This document shows positions 21,139 to 30,113 of a DNA stretch of 64,000 bases, piece after piece. The stretch covers positions 32,001 through 96,000 of the forward strand of contig CAXXLX010000001.1 in NCBI GenBank assembly GCA_963665235.2, written 5' to 3'. How positions within the stretch are numbered: the first letter of the stretch is position 1; every line of letters begins with the position of its first letter. The notes beneath the pieces were generated by a model. That model made no database searches. It was not told the DNA's origin and saw only the letters and a program-made list of their open reading frames with translations. Source of the DNA: Candidatus Poribacteria bacterium (GTDB lineage Bacteria > Poribacteria > WGA-4E > WGA-3G). Made by a program: the position numbers and the translations under genes.

Positions 21139-21951
21139 TTACCAAGGCCGGGCACTACTCAACCGGGCATGTTTCCAATTAATTGCATTTGTCCAACCAG
21201 GTTTGACACCCTCTTTTGGTCCCATGCCATACGCACCGACACAATAATCGATGCCTGTCATGAACATTAAGCGAGATGCCAATTCCTTAGCTTCAGCTAC
21301 ATCTATCTCAATTCCGGGTTCTTTCTCTAGTTTAAAACCGTTGTGAATCAATCTCACCTGTAGCTCGTGCTTTTCTATCTGGGATTGCAAACGGTGCCCT
21401 ATCTCCTGTACCTTTGGAAAATGGACATCAGCAGTATCCGCCTTAGGCTGTAAGGTAAAACCTGCATGATGGACCTGAATGCCGTTCGCCGCATTTTCAA
21501 AACGGCCTTCAAGTGTCATCTGTTCCAGTAAATTTTCTAGTTCTATCATCTCATCAGTCCGGTAGTGCCGTGGCTTATTTGGGAAAATTACGACTGTAAA
21601 CCATAAGTGAAGGATACTGAAAGGGAGTTCTCGTTCTTTAATTAAGACGCGCAGCACCTCCTTAACTTCAGGAATACGGATTGAATCTGATGCAAGACGC
21701 TCTATTTCGTTATATATCGCAGATACGGGGCGCCCTCTGGCGAGGCACCAATGTCCACTGATGATATTCTGCTGAAATTTTTCAAAGATGCGAGCCCCTT
21801 TCCACCGCTTAATTATAAGCTCTGTGTGTGCCCTTGCTGCTGGGCCATCATTTTCAACAATCAATAGAGGCCCTTTGCCTATTGTGGAGATAGGCAGTGC
21901 AAATTCCTGAATCAAAGCGTTTAGTAATTCCTTAACCTCATTCGGGTTCAT
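21139..21951 (-). CDS. Hypothetical protein with internal repeats (paralogue of 22072-22782)
   Basis: Start MNPNEVKELL follows AAAGGAG; repeated EVKExL..LP and HxGF motifs. Confidence 0.8.
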   Translation of the reverse strand: MNPNEVKELLNALIQEFALPISTIGKGPLLIVENDGPAARAHTELIIKRWKGARIFEKFQQNIISGHWCLARGRPVSAIYNEIERLASDSIRIPEVKEVLRVLIKERELPFSILHLWFTVVIFPNKPRHYRTDEMIELENLLEQMTLEGRFENAANGIQVHHAGFTLQPKADTADVHFPKVQEIGHRLQSQIEKHELQVRLIHNGFKLEKEPGIEIDVAEAKELASRLMFMTGIDYCVGAYGMGPKEGVKPGWTNAINWKHARLSSARPW

Positions 21952-22071
21952 AATTGATTCTCCTTTTATCAAACCTATTTTCTGTGAGCTTAGCCATTTT
22001 GCTACAGCCCCCTTAGGAGCGGGCTGCTTGCCCGAACACTGGAGCAGGCCTACTAATTCATTCGGAGCAGT

Positions 22072-22782
22072 TTAACGTCGTGGAAACCGCCACAAAGAGA
22101 TGCAGATATTAGCACTTGTGCAATTTGTAGATTTGAATTTCTCCTCAGAACGCGGGGTGCTGTATGAATACAGCACGTAGTTGATACCGAGGGTATCATC
22201 AATCTGTTTTGCAATTCCGCGAATCTCTGAGAGCGGTATATTTGCTTCACTGTTTTTTTCTAATCCAAAACCTCGGTGGAACAATTTCGCCTTTGTGTTT
22301 TTCTCATGTAGCACCGTCTCAAAACGTTCGGCGACCGCTTCAAGCTGCGATGGTTGGACCTTAGCCCCCGCTCGTTTCTGTAACCGCAATCCCCCGTGAA
22401 GAATCTTTACAGGGTACCGCGTCGTGTCGTCCGCTGCGAACGTAATCAGTCGGAAACCGTGGTCGGTAAAACGGATTGGCAGCTTTTTTGACGTTATGAT
22501 AGATTCAAGGAGTGCTTCAACCGCTAGAGATTCCACCAACTCTTTTGCCGCTGAGTCAGAATCGGTTTTGGTATAAAATTCCATAATTTCTGCGCGTCCG
22601 GGCGGCCGTGTGTAGAATTTCCCATCTGTGTTCCATTGATGGATAACATCTTTGATGCGGCCCTCTGTGGTATAATCCGATGTCCCTGAATATTGAGAAG
22701 GGTCTATATCAATCAGATCCATCGGAAGCCCCTGCGCCGCAATTAAGGTTTTCAACAATTCCTTGACATCATTCGGTGTCAT
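22072..22782 (-). CDS. Hypothetical protein with internal repeats (paralogue of 21139-21951)
   Basis: Start MTPNDVKELL follows AAAGGAG; DHGF, HGGL and HRGF motifs. Confidence 0.8.
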   Translation of the reverse strand: MTPNDVKELLKTLIAAQGLPMDLIDIDPSQYSGTSDYTTEGRIKDVIHQWNTDGKFYTRPPGRAEIMEFYTKTDSDSAAKELVESLAVEALLESIITSKKLPIRFTDHGFRLITFAADDTTRYPVKILHGGLRLQKRAGAKVQPSQLEAVAERFETVLHEKNTKAKLFHRGFGLEKNSEANIPLSEIRGIAKQIDDTLGINYVLYSYSTPRSEEKFKSTNCTSANICISLWRFPRR

Positions 22783-22805
22783 GCGTGGTCTCCTTTTTTA
22801 ATAAA

Positions 22806-22837
22806 TTAAGAATGCAAATCGGCAGAAAAGGTTACAT
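22806..22837 (-). promoter_or_regulatory. Putative ECF-sigma promoter, copy 2
   Basis: ATGTAACCTTTTC-N4-GATTTGCATTCTTAA, 28/32 identical to 24849-24880; the -35 box contains AAC. Confidence 0.7.
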
Positions 22838-22860
22838 CGAAAACGGTATTTTTTGCGAAA

Positions 22861-23451
22861 TTATTGGCGAGTGTTCGGAAATATATGGTCAAATTCGCCT
22901 GGATATTCTGCTTTCATCCATGCGATAATTTTTTTTCGCGCCCGATGCAACCGCACCTTTGTTGCTGACACCGCAATATTCAATGTCTCAGCAATCTCTT
23001 CCAGCGGCATATTCGGATTGTTAAGTTTCAACGCAAACGCTGCCCGTTCTGATTGTGGTAGCCGCCGTACCAAACTGTGAACGATTTCCAGCTGTTCTTT
23101 AGCAATGATACGATGTATAGGCGAGCGATGCTCCAGGTCTACCAAATGCGCCTCCAGCGGACCGGTTTCAACGTTTCTCTGCGTTTCGCGGAAGTGCGCC
23201 GCAACCAGCTGATACGCAATGCTAAACAGCCAACTGGAAAAACTTTCCGGTTTCCGAAGGGTTGCGAGATGTTGATGCACCTTGATAAACGTCTCTTGCA
23301 CCAAGTCTTGTGCGGTTTCCCAATTCCCGACACGCCTATAGAAAAAACTGAGGAGGGGCCCTTCGTAACGATGGTAGAGAATTTCGAACGCCTCATCATC
23401 CGCATCGTCTAAATTTTGATGCACCAATTCCTCGTCGCGCATCTCATCCAT
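22861..23451 (-). CDS. ECF (sigma70 group 4) RNA polymerase sigma factor
   Basis: AQDLVQETFIK, FSSWLFSIA and EIAETLNIAVSATKVRLHRARK (regions 2 and 4). Confidence 0.9.
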   Translation of the reverse strand: MDEMRDEELVHQNLDDADDEAFEILYHRYEGPLLSFFYRRVGNWETAQDLVQETFIKVHQHLATLRKPESFSSWLFSIAYQLVAAHFRETQRNVETGPLEAHLVDLEHRSPIHRIIAKEQLEIVHSLVRRLPQSERAAFALKLNNPNMPLEEIAETLNIAVSATKVRLHRARKKIIAWMKAEYPGEFDHIFPNTRQ

Positions 23452-23474
23452 TGTTACCCCCCCCTCTAAATTGC

Positions 23475-24791
23475 TTACGCCTTTTTACCTGCAATCTCTG
23501 CCGCGACGAGTTCGCCTAAGTGGCTGCCTCTCGCCTTAACCGAGATAACTGTGCCATTTCGAGCGATTAGGAACGGTGCGGGAATTCCGCGCACGCCGTA
23601 CTGCTTTGCGAATTCGCCACGGAAGCCGCCCGTGTCCAAAATATGTCGCCACGGTAGTGCTCTCTCCGTGATGAACTCACGCAACGTCGTCTCGTCCTTG
23701 TCAAAACTCACACCGATAACGTCAAAACCTTTGTCGTGATATTTATCGTAGACCGCCTTAACGTTGGAAATCTCTCCGAGGCACGGTCCGCACCACACCG
23801 CCCAGAAATCGAGGAGCACAACTTTTCCGCGGTAGTCGGACAACGAAATTGGATTACCCTCAAGGTCCACGGTTGACGATGCGAAGTCTGGCAACACCTG
23901 CTCCTCCCATGCCAAAGTAGGGTCTGCTTTGACCTTATATTTTCGGGCAAGTTGGGCATTGCCTAACTTCTCGTGGACATTCGCTAAACCGCTTATCGCG
24001 TTGTAGTCGTCTTCATCCTGTTCGAGCTGTTTTTCAAAAACGGTTTGTGTTTTCTTCAAAACCTGTTGCGCTGCGTCAGTATTTCCGAGGGCTTCCTGAA
24101 TTTCGGTTAGCATGCGGACAGTATGCCAATGGTCCGGCGTTCGTTTTCGCTGTTCTTCAAAAACGGTCTCAATTTTACCGAGCACTGCTGTCCACCTTTC
24201 CGCGAGGGAGTCGTTACTATCAAGCTCCTTGTAAAAATCGGTAGGTCTCGAAGTGACGTGCAGGTAGTCGTAACACCCCCGAAAGAGCCATTGGTACAGG
24301 GTCGGTTTTTCACCTGCGCGGTGCCGTTCAAATAGTTTTTCAAGCGCGCTAACTCCTTCGTCAAGAAGAACATCAAGACCAGCGTTTTCAAACGCTAAAT
24401 AGCAAATATCCACCTCGTTTGGTAGCAATTCTGCGGTTTTCTCATAGAGCGTCCAGAATTCATCAGGTGGCAGGTCGTAAGATATTCCCGCTGTCACGAT
24501 TGTCAAAAATTTTGCGGCGGCACCATTATCGGGGTCGGTTTTCAGCGTCCGTTCCGCGTGTACCGTCAACTTTTGACGCATTTCATCAGGAAAACGCCAG
24601 ACGTACTCATTCCATATTAAATCGGATGGAAGAGCCGTTTTTCCATCAACAACCCCCGCATCAATTTTGGTTTTGAAGTAGTCGACTAACGTCTCCTGAA
24701 CGTCCGGTGCAACCTCCCAACTGCTTGAGAGGCCACGGTTTTCAAGTGTATTGAGAAAGGCATCCCAGACATCTACACTGTTTTCTTTCAC
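23475..24791 (-). CDS. TPR-like helical protein with a C-terminal TlpA/AhpC-TSA thioredoxin domain
   Basis: GKVVLLDFWAVWCGPC active site and GIPAPFLI; helical repeats in the N-terminal part. Confidence 0.85.
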   Translation of the reverse strand: MKENSVDVWDAFLNTLENRGLSSSWEVAPDVQETLVDYFKTKIDAGVVDGKTALPSDLIWNEYVWRFPDEMRQKLTVHAERTLKTDPDNGAAAKFLTIVTAGISYDLPPDEFWTLYEKTAELLPNEVDICYLAFENAGLDVLLDEGVSALEKLFERHRAGEKPTLYQWLFRGCYDYLHVTSRPTDFYKELDSNDSLAERWTAVLGKIETVFEEQRKRTPDHWHTVRMLTEIQEALGNTDAAQQVLKKTQTVFEKQLEQDEDDYNAISGLANVHEKLGNAQLARKYKVKADPTLAWEEQVLPDFASSTVDLEGNPISLSDYRGKVVLLDFWAVWCGPCLGEISNVKAVYDKYHDKGFDVIGVSFDKDETTLREFITERALPWRHILDTGGFRGEFAKQYGVRGIPAPFLIARNGTVISVKARGSHLGELVAAEIAGKKA

Positions 24792-24848
24792 GGTTTTACC
24801 TCCATGTTTTGTTTTTTCGAGTTTGTCAAATCTGAACTTTATCGTAGG

Positions 24849-24880
24849 TTAAGAATGCAAATCCATCGAAAAGGTTACAT
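24849..24880 (-). promoter_or_regulatory. Putative ECF-sigma promoter, copy 1 (upstream of the tlpA-sigma operon)
   Basis: Same 32-bp motif as 22806-22837. Confidence 0.7.
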
Positions 24881-24885
24881 AAAAA

Positions 24886-24998
24886 TTGGCGATTGGCTCA
24901 CTGGCGATTAGCAATTGGCAATTAGCAATTAGCAAAGAGGTTTATGATTCTAATACACGCTTTGACGCACATCACAACTCTCTTTCTCTTGCTAACGG
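24886..24998. repeat. Heptamer (TTAGCAA/TTGGCGA) tandem-repeat element
   Basis: About 6 heptamers followed by AAGAGG...CTCTTGCTAA; related elements at 33157-33277 and 34753-34866. Confidence 0.65.
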
Positions 24999-25161
24999 TT
25001 TCCATAAGTGATAAGTCAACATTCTATAAACATATCGTCCTTAAGGAGCGGGAAACCGTTAGCCCGAATACTGACACGACGGGCGATGAATCGCCCTACT
25101 ACAAACGCCCCTCCGTTAACTTGTACGAAAACTTTACACCCCCCTATCATTCCCACCAAAA

Positions 25162-25190
25162 TTGACACCGTCTCAATTTTGTGATATGCT
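25162..25190 (+). promoter_or_regulatory. sigma70-like promoter
   Basis: TTGACA-N17-TATGCT upstream of the aminotransferase. Confidence 0.55.
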
Positions 25191-25223
25191 GTGGATAGAA
25201 TACAACTCTTAAGAGGAAAAGAA

Positions 25224-26126
25224 ATGAATCCACAATTGCCTGATGCACGAAACGAAAACATTTTAATCCATGTCGGGGGGGAGCTGCTCCCGCGCGAAGA
25301 TGCGAAAATTTCGGTATTTGATAGCCTTGTCCAAGGCGGAGACGGCGTATGGGAGGGGTTACGCGTCTATAAAGGTAAAATTTTTGCACTGGACGCACAC
25401 CTGGACCGCCTAATAGACTCGGCACACGCGATGGCGTTCGCAGGAATTCCCCCCAGAGACGAAATCAAAACCGCTATCTTTGAGACGCTCCACGCCAACG
25501 GTATGCGCGACGAAGTTCATATCCGTTTGACGCTCAGCCGGGGCAAAAAGGTGACATCCAGCATGAACCCGGAGGTGAATCAGTACGGCACCTGCCTCAT
25601 CGTTTTGGCGGAGTGGAAACCCCCGATTTATGCCAGCACCGGCGTTCGGTTGGTCACTTCAGCGATACGACGGAATACGGCGCAGTGCGTTGATTCCAAA
25701 ATCCACCATAACAATTTGATTAACAACATCCTCGCTAAAATAGAGGCGAACGTCGCGGGAGTAGACGATGCAATAATGCTCGATATCTTCGGCTTTGTCT
25801 CCGAGACGAACGCGACGAATATCTTTTTAGTGAAACGGGGACACGTGCTCACACCGCACGCGGATAGTTGTCTACCGGGGATTACCCGAGGCAATGTCAT
25901 CCGACTCGCTCGCGAAGCACAAATACCGATTACAGAACGAAACGTCTCACTAACGGAGGTCTACGCCGCTGATGAGATGTTCACGACCGGCACCGTCGGG
26001 GAGTTAAGCCCTGTATTAGAGGTAGATGGCAGACAAATCGGCACGGGGAGCCCAGGCCCAATGACAGGCCGTTTGCAAACCCTCTATGCCGAATTGACAG
26101 CCCGTGAAGGCGAACCGCTACCTTAG
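25224..26126 (+). CDS. Class IV PLP-dependent aminotransferase (IlvE/PabC-like)
   Basis: GDGVWEGLR, SKIHHNNL, ETNATNIF and LPGITR motifs. Confidence 0.9.
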   Translation: MNPQLPDARNENILIHVGGELLPREDAKISVFDSLVQGGDGVWEGLRVYKGKIFALDAHLDRLIDSAHAMAFAGIPPRDEIKTAIFETLHANGMRDEVHIRLTLSRGKKVTSSMNPEVNQYGTCLIVLAEWKPPIYASTGVRLVTSAIRRNTAQCVDSKIHHNNLINNILAKIEANVAGVDDAIMLDIFGFVSETNATNIFLVKRGHVLTPHADSCLPGITRGNVIRLAREAQIPITERNVSLTEVYAADEMFTTGTVGELSPVLEVDGRQIGTGSPGPMTGRLQTLYAELTAREGEPLP

Positions 26127-26134
26127 AAACGCGT

Positions 26135-27229
26135 CTACAAGAGAGACACTGCATCTATAAGCACGGCTTCCCCATCGGTGATGACCAATTCAACCGCTAA
26201 AACAGCTATCGGCAGGTGTGTGGCGTAAGGAATTAACTTCTGTTCGTCCTTCTGGGTTGTGATAATCCACTCGGCATTGCCCTGTTTCATACAACGTTCA
26301 ATCTGCTGTAAATCGGATTCGGTGTAGACGTGGTGGTCAGGAAAAGCGAGCAATTCTACCGCCTGTGGACAGTACTGCGCGAGCGTTGCGGCGAAGGCTT
26401 CAGGGTTACCAATTCCACACACAGCGAGGAGCCGTTTCCCTGCTAACGCATTTATCGGAAACGGGGTATTTTCTAGATTATCGCCTAACCAATAGAGGTT
26501 TGTCGGTCGATGGACGCTCTCCAAGATAGGGAGATGCGGTGCCAAGCGGTTCAGCTCCGTTTTCAGGTGTTGCGTTTGCACCCCAATCCCATCCGTTCTC
26601 GTCAATAAGATGATGTCCGCACGTTTAACCGCAGTAGGGGGTTCGCGCAAAGTGCCCCTGGGCAGGAGCTTACCAGTCCCATAAGGTTGCGTCGCATCGA
26701 TAGTGAGGATATCAATATCTCGTCCGAGTTGACGGTGTTGAAATCCATCATCTAGGATTAAAATATCGCTTTTAAAGCGGTCGAGGGCAGTTTTACCCGC
26801 TAGATAACGTTGTTTTCCAACGATGATAGGCGTTTTCGGAAGTTGCCGCGCGAGCATATCCGCTTCATCACCGCTCTCCTCTCTGGAGCAGAGGCGGTTT
26901 TCACCATCCGAGACAACCGTCACCGCTTCACTAGAGCGTCGCCGATAGCCGCGAAGGAGAACTGACACCTGAAACCCTGATTGCTGGAGCAGTGTAGCAA
27001 GCGCAGCAACGGCTGGCGTTTTCCCTGTGCCCCCCGCAACGATATTACCCACACTGATGACGATACACGGCAGCTGTTTCTGTTTGAATATCCCCTTTGT
27101 GAAGCAGTAATTCCGTATCCGAACAGCGGAGCCGTAAAACCAACAAAATGGGACAAGTAGGAAATATAGAAACGTTCCGAAAACACCGCGCTGTTTGCTG
27201 GTGATGAAGGTGTAGAGCGCACGTTTCAT
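26135..27229 (-). CDS. lpxK: Tetraacyldisaccharide 4'-kinase
   Basis: SVGNIVAGGTGKTP, GDEA, LDDGFQH and TTQKD motifs; ATGA overlap with lpxB. Confidence 0.95.
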   Translation of the reverse strand: MKRALYTFITSKQRGVFGTFLYFLLVPFCWFYGSAVRIRNYCFTKGIFKQKQLPCIVISVGNIVAGGTGKTPAVAALATLLQQSGFQVSVLLRGYRRRSSEAVTVVSDGENRLCSREESGDEADMLARQLPKTPIIVGKQRYLAGKTALDRFKSDILILDDGFQHRQLGRDIDILTIDATQPYGTGKLLPRGTLREPPTAVKRADIILLTRTDGIGVQTQHLKTELNRLAPHLPILESVHRPTNLYWLGDNLENTPFPINALAGKRLLAVCGIGNPEAFAATLAQYCPQAVELLAFPDHHVYTESDLQQIERCMKQGNAEWIITTQKDEQKLIPYATHLPIAVLAVELVITDGEAVLIDAVSLL

Positions 27230-28398
27230 TGATTCAAAGGGGTCGCAATCTGTGTCAGCAGTAGTTGTGCAGTTCGGTCCGCCGCCCCCGCCTCTCCTAA
27301 TTGTTGATGAACAGCGCAAAGCGCATCACGTTGTGCCTCGCATGCATCGGGGTTGCGGAGCAGGTTTAAGGTTAGTTCGGTAAGCCTATCAGGGGTCAGG
27401 TCCGTCTGTAACAGTTCCGGGACAATCGTCTTTCCTGCAATAAGGTTCGGCAGCCCGCTATGTTCAAGGGGAGTTAGTGCCCTAATGGCACGCCAATTGA
27501 ACCACGAGGTACAATAGAGGATAATCATCGGGGTACCGATACAGGCGGCCTCAAGCGTTGCCGTTCCGGAGGTAATGAGCATCAACGTTGCCGCACGCAT
27601 TGCCGTATAGGTTGCGTCGTGCAAAATCTTTATAGGCGGAACACCTGCAATTCTACTATAGCAGTCGGTTATCTGTTCTTCTGATAAGCCTGGTGCAAGC
27701 GGGAGAATCCATTCTGCATCTCCATGTACTTTCGCAACGTTCGCCGCTGCCTGTAGCATAATTGGAAGGAGCCGTTGCACTTCAGACCGGCGGCTGCCGG
27801 GCATCAGTCCGATAACGGGAGAGCCGTTTTTCAGACCGAGTGTTTCGCGTGCTTGTGTAACCGTGAGGTCGGTCTGTGCGAAGTCTACCAACGGATGCCC
27901 GACAAATTCAACACGCGCGCCCGCATTTCGGTAAAATTCTGCTTCAAAGGGAAAGATGGCAGCAACGACGTTCACCCGTTTCGCAAGTTTTTTTGCTCTG
28001 CCTGCACGCCATGCCCAAGCCTTCGGCGGAATGTAATAGACCACCGGAATACCTTCACGTTGTGCGAACTTCGCTAAAGGCATGTTAAATTCGGCAAAAT
28101 CGACCAATAGCAGGGCATCAGGCCGTTGCTGTCGGAGCCGTTTTTTTAACGCCGCCTGTTTCTTGAGGAACATCGGAAGGACAGACAATACCTCGGTTAT
28201 CCCCATGATGGCAGAGTCTCGGATGTGAATATCAAGCGATACCCCCGCTTTTTCCATCATGTCCCCGCCCATGCCGATGAGCGATATGTCTGGGCATCTC
28301 GCCTTGAGTGCCGTTGCAACATGAGAAGCGTGCAAGTCCCCAGAAGGTTCACCCGCGACAATCATGAGTTCCATCGGTAATTGGTTTCCATTTGCCAT
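27226..28398 (-). CDS. lpxB: Lipid-A-disaccharide synthase
   Basis: AGEPSGDLH, WAWR, FVGHPL, PGSR and SGTATLE motifs. Confidence 0.95.
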   Translation of the reverse strand: MANGNQLPMELMIVAGEPSGDLHASHVATALKARCPDISLIGMGGDMMEKAGVSLDIHIRDSAIMGITEVLSVLPMFLKKQAALKKRLRQQRPDALLLVDFAEFNMPLAKFAQREGIPVVYYIPPKAWAWRAGRAKKLAKRVNVVAAIFPFEAEFYRNAGARVEFVGHPLVDFAQTDLTVTQARETLGLKNGSPVIGLMPGSRRSEVQRLLPIMLQAAANVAKVHGDAEWILPLAPGLSEEQITDCYSRIAGVPPIKILHDATYTAMRAATLMLITSGTATLEAACIGTPMIILYCTSWFNWRAIRALTPLEHSGLPNLIAGKTIVPELLQTDLTPDRLTELTLNLLRNPDACEAQRDALCAVHQQLGEAGAADRTAQLLLTQIATPLNQ

Positions 28399-28399
28399 T

Positions 28400-29446
28400 C
28401 TACGGCAGAAGGCCCGGTGATTTCAAACCGTCTGTTTCGTTACAACCGCACATAAGGTTGAGGTTTTGCACAGCAGCCCCCGCTGCACCTTTCCCAAGGT
28501 TATCCAATGCTGCCATTGCAACGACGCGCTGTGTGCGTTTATCAACTTCCAGCCCAACATCACAGTAGTTGCTGCCGAGAACTGCCTTCGTTTGCGGGTA
28601 TTCATCTTTGTCAAGAACGCGGATAAACGGTTCATTTTGGTAAAAAGTGGCATATATTTCAAGTAGGGCATCGGTAGCAAGCGGTTGCTTTAAACGGGCA
28701 TAGACGGTACTCAGGATACCCCGTGTCATCGGAACCAGATGCGGCGTGAAGGTTACAGAAACCGTTTCGCCAGCGACAGCACTTAACTCCTGCTCAATTT
28801 CAGGCGTATGTCGGTGTTTTCCGATGTTATAAGCGACAAGGTTGGATTCCCTATTCGGATAATGGGTGGTATCCTTCGGTTTTGGACCTGCTCCAGAAAT
28901 GCCCGATTTTGAATCGATGATGATAGATTCCAAGTCAATCAACTTATTGTTAAGCAGCGGCATGGTGGCGAGGATAGCACTCGTCGGATAACACCCCGGA
29001 TTTGCCACTATTCGCGCCTCTCGAATCTTCTCGCGATAACGTTCCGGCAAACCGTAAACAGCATTCTGAATAAGCGTGGGACTGGTATGTTCAACGTGAT
29101 ACCACTCACTATAGGTCTCCGCATCATAGAGCCGGTAATCCGCGCTGAAATCTACAACCCGCAAACCTTGTGCAACAATTTGCGGTGCATATTCCATCGC
29201 AACTTTATGCGGTACAGCGAGTACGACAACATCCACCCGTTTTTTAAGTGAATCTATGTCTAACGGTTCAAACGTAAGGTCTGCTATAAACCCTCGAAGG
29301 TGCGGCAACACGCGGTCAACGCGCTGACCGGCGTACGTTTCCGATGTAACGAGTTCTATGTGCAGTCCGCCAGGGTGGGTCACCAAAAACCGTACCAATT
29401 CGCTCCCGCTATACCCTGACGCGCCAACAATTCCTAACTTTGTCAT
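28400..29446 (-). CDS. argC: N-acetyl-gamma-glutamyl-phosphate reductase
   Basis: GASGYSG, ANPGCYPT and DNLGKGAAG motifs. Confidence 0.95.
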   Translation of the reverse strand: MTKLGIVGASGYSGSELVRFLVTHPGGLHIELVTSETYAGQRVDRVLPHLRGFIADLTFEPLDIDSLKKRVDVVVLAVPHKVAMEYAPQIVAQGLRVVDFSADYRLYDAETYSEWYHVEHTSPTLIQNAVYGLPERYREKIREARIVANPGCYPTSAILATMPLLNNKLIDLESIIIDSKSGISGAGPKPKDTTHYPNRESNLVAYNIGKHRHTPEIEQELSAVAGETVSVTFTPHLVPMTRGILSTVYARLKQPLATDALLEIYATFYQNEPFIRVLDKDEYPQTKAVLGSNYCDVGLEVDKRTQRVVAMAALDNLGKGAAGAAVQNLNLMCGCNETDGLKSPGLLP

Positions 29447-29511
29447 GGTTTTTTACCTTGTAGGTCGGGTTGAACGAAGAGAAACCCGACACCTCCTTAT
29501 TAGAATACGTT

Positions 29512-29654
29512 CAGGACTTACGCAAATTTAGAACATAAGCTCAGTATTCGGGCAAACGGTTTCCCGCTCCTCTAGGGCTGGGTCCCCCAGCCCGCTAAGG
29601 CAGCCTCTAAATCCCATTATCTATGGACTTTAGCAACGTGCTGCGTAAGTCCTG
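29512..29654. mobile_element. MITE (CAGGACTTACGCA TIR) in the argC leader
   Basis: Perfect 13-bp TIRs, ACGTT 5-bp target duplication, interior homologous to 50504-50618. Confidence 0.85.
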
Positions 29655-29669
29655 ACGTTCTAACTATGT

Positions 29670-29698
29670 ATTTTAGCATAGGGTGGAGGGAATGTCAA
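29670..29698 (-). promoter_or_regulatory. sigma70-like promoter of argC-lpxB-lpxK
   Basis: TTGACA-N17-TAAAAT. Confidence 0.6.
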
Positions 29699-30113
29699 GG
29701 TTAATGTTATCGAGGGGCAGGGCCATTTAGTTTTACAGATTCACTTTATAGATGTGTATATGTTCCTCTGTAGGAGCGGGCTTCGCACGCGACACATTAG
29801 ACGTTATAATGATTTAATCAGAGTGCGCCTATGAGCCTCGTAGGGGCGAGGTCCCCTCGCCCTATAAACACGGTTTCAAATCGGGCGAAACCCCGCCCCT
29901 ACGCACCGCACCGGCTAACGAAACAGCGGACTACAATTAAACCAGCATAATGTCTATTATATCACATACCGACACATACAAATCCCAGTATTCGGACAAG
30001 CCGCCTGTTCCTTCCTATCGCGAGCACAGCTTGCTCCTACATAAGAGGTTTGTTGAGCAACCGGCGAAAAATATCGAAAACTAAATAGCCCTGTATCGAG
30101 GGGCAGGACTATA

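Noticed and set aside
20054-21182. Plus-strand ORFs of 268 and 103 aa
   Set aside because: Antisense shadows of the three ferredoxin genes.
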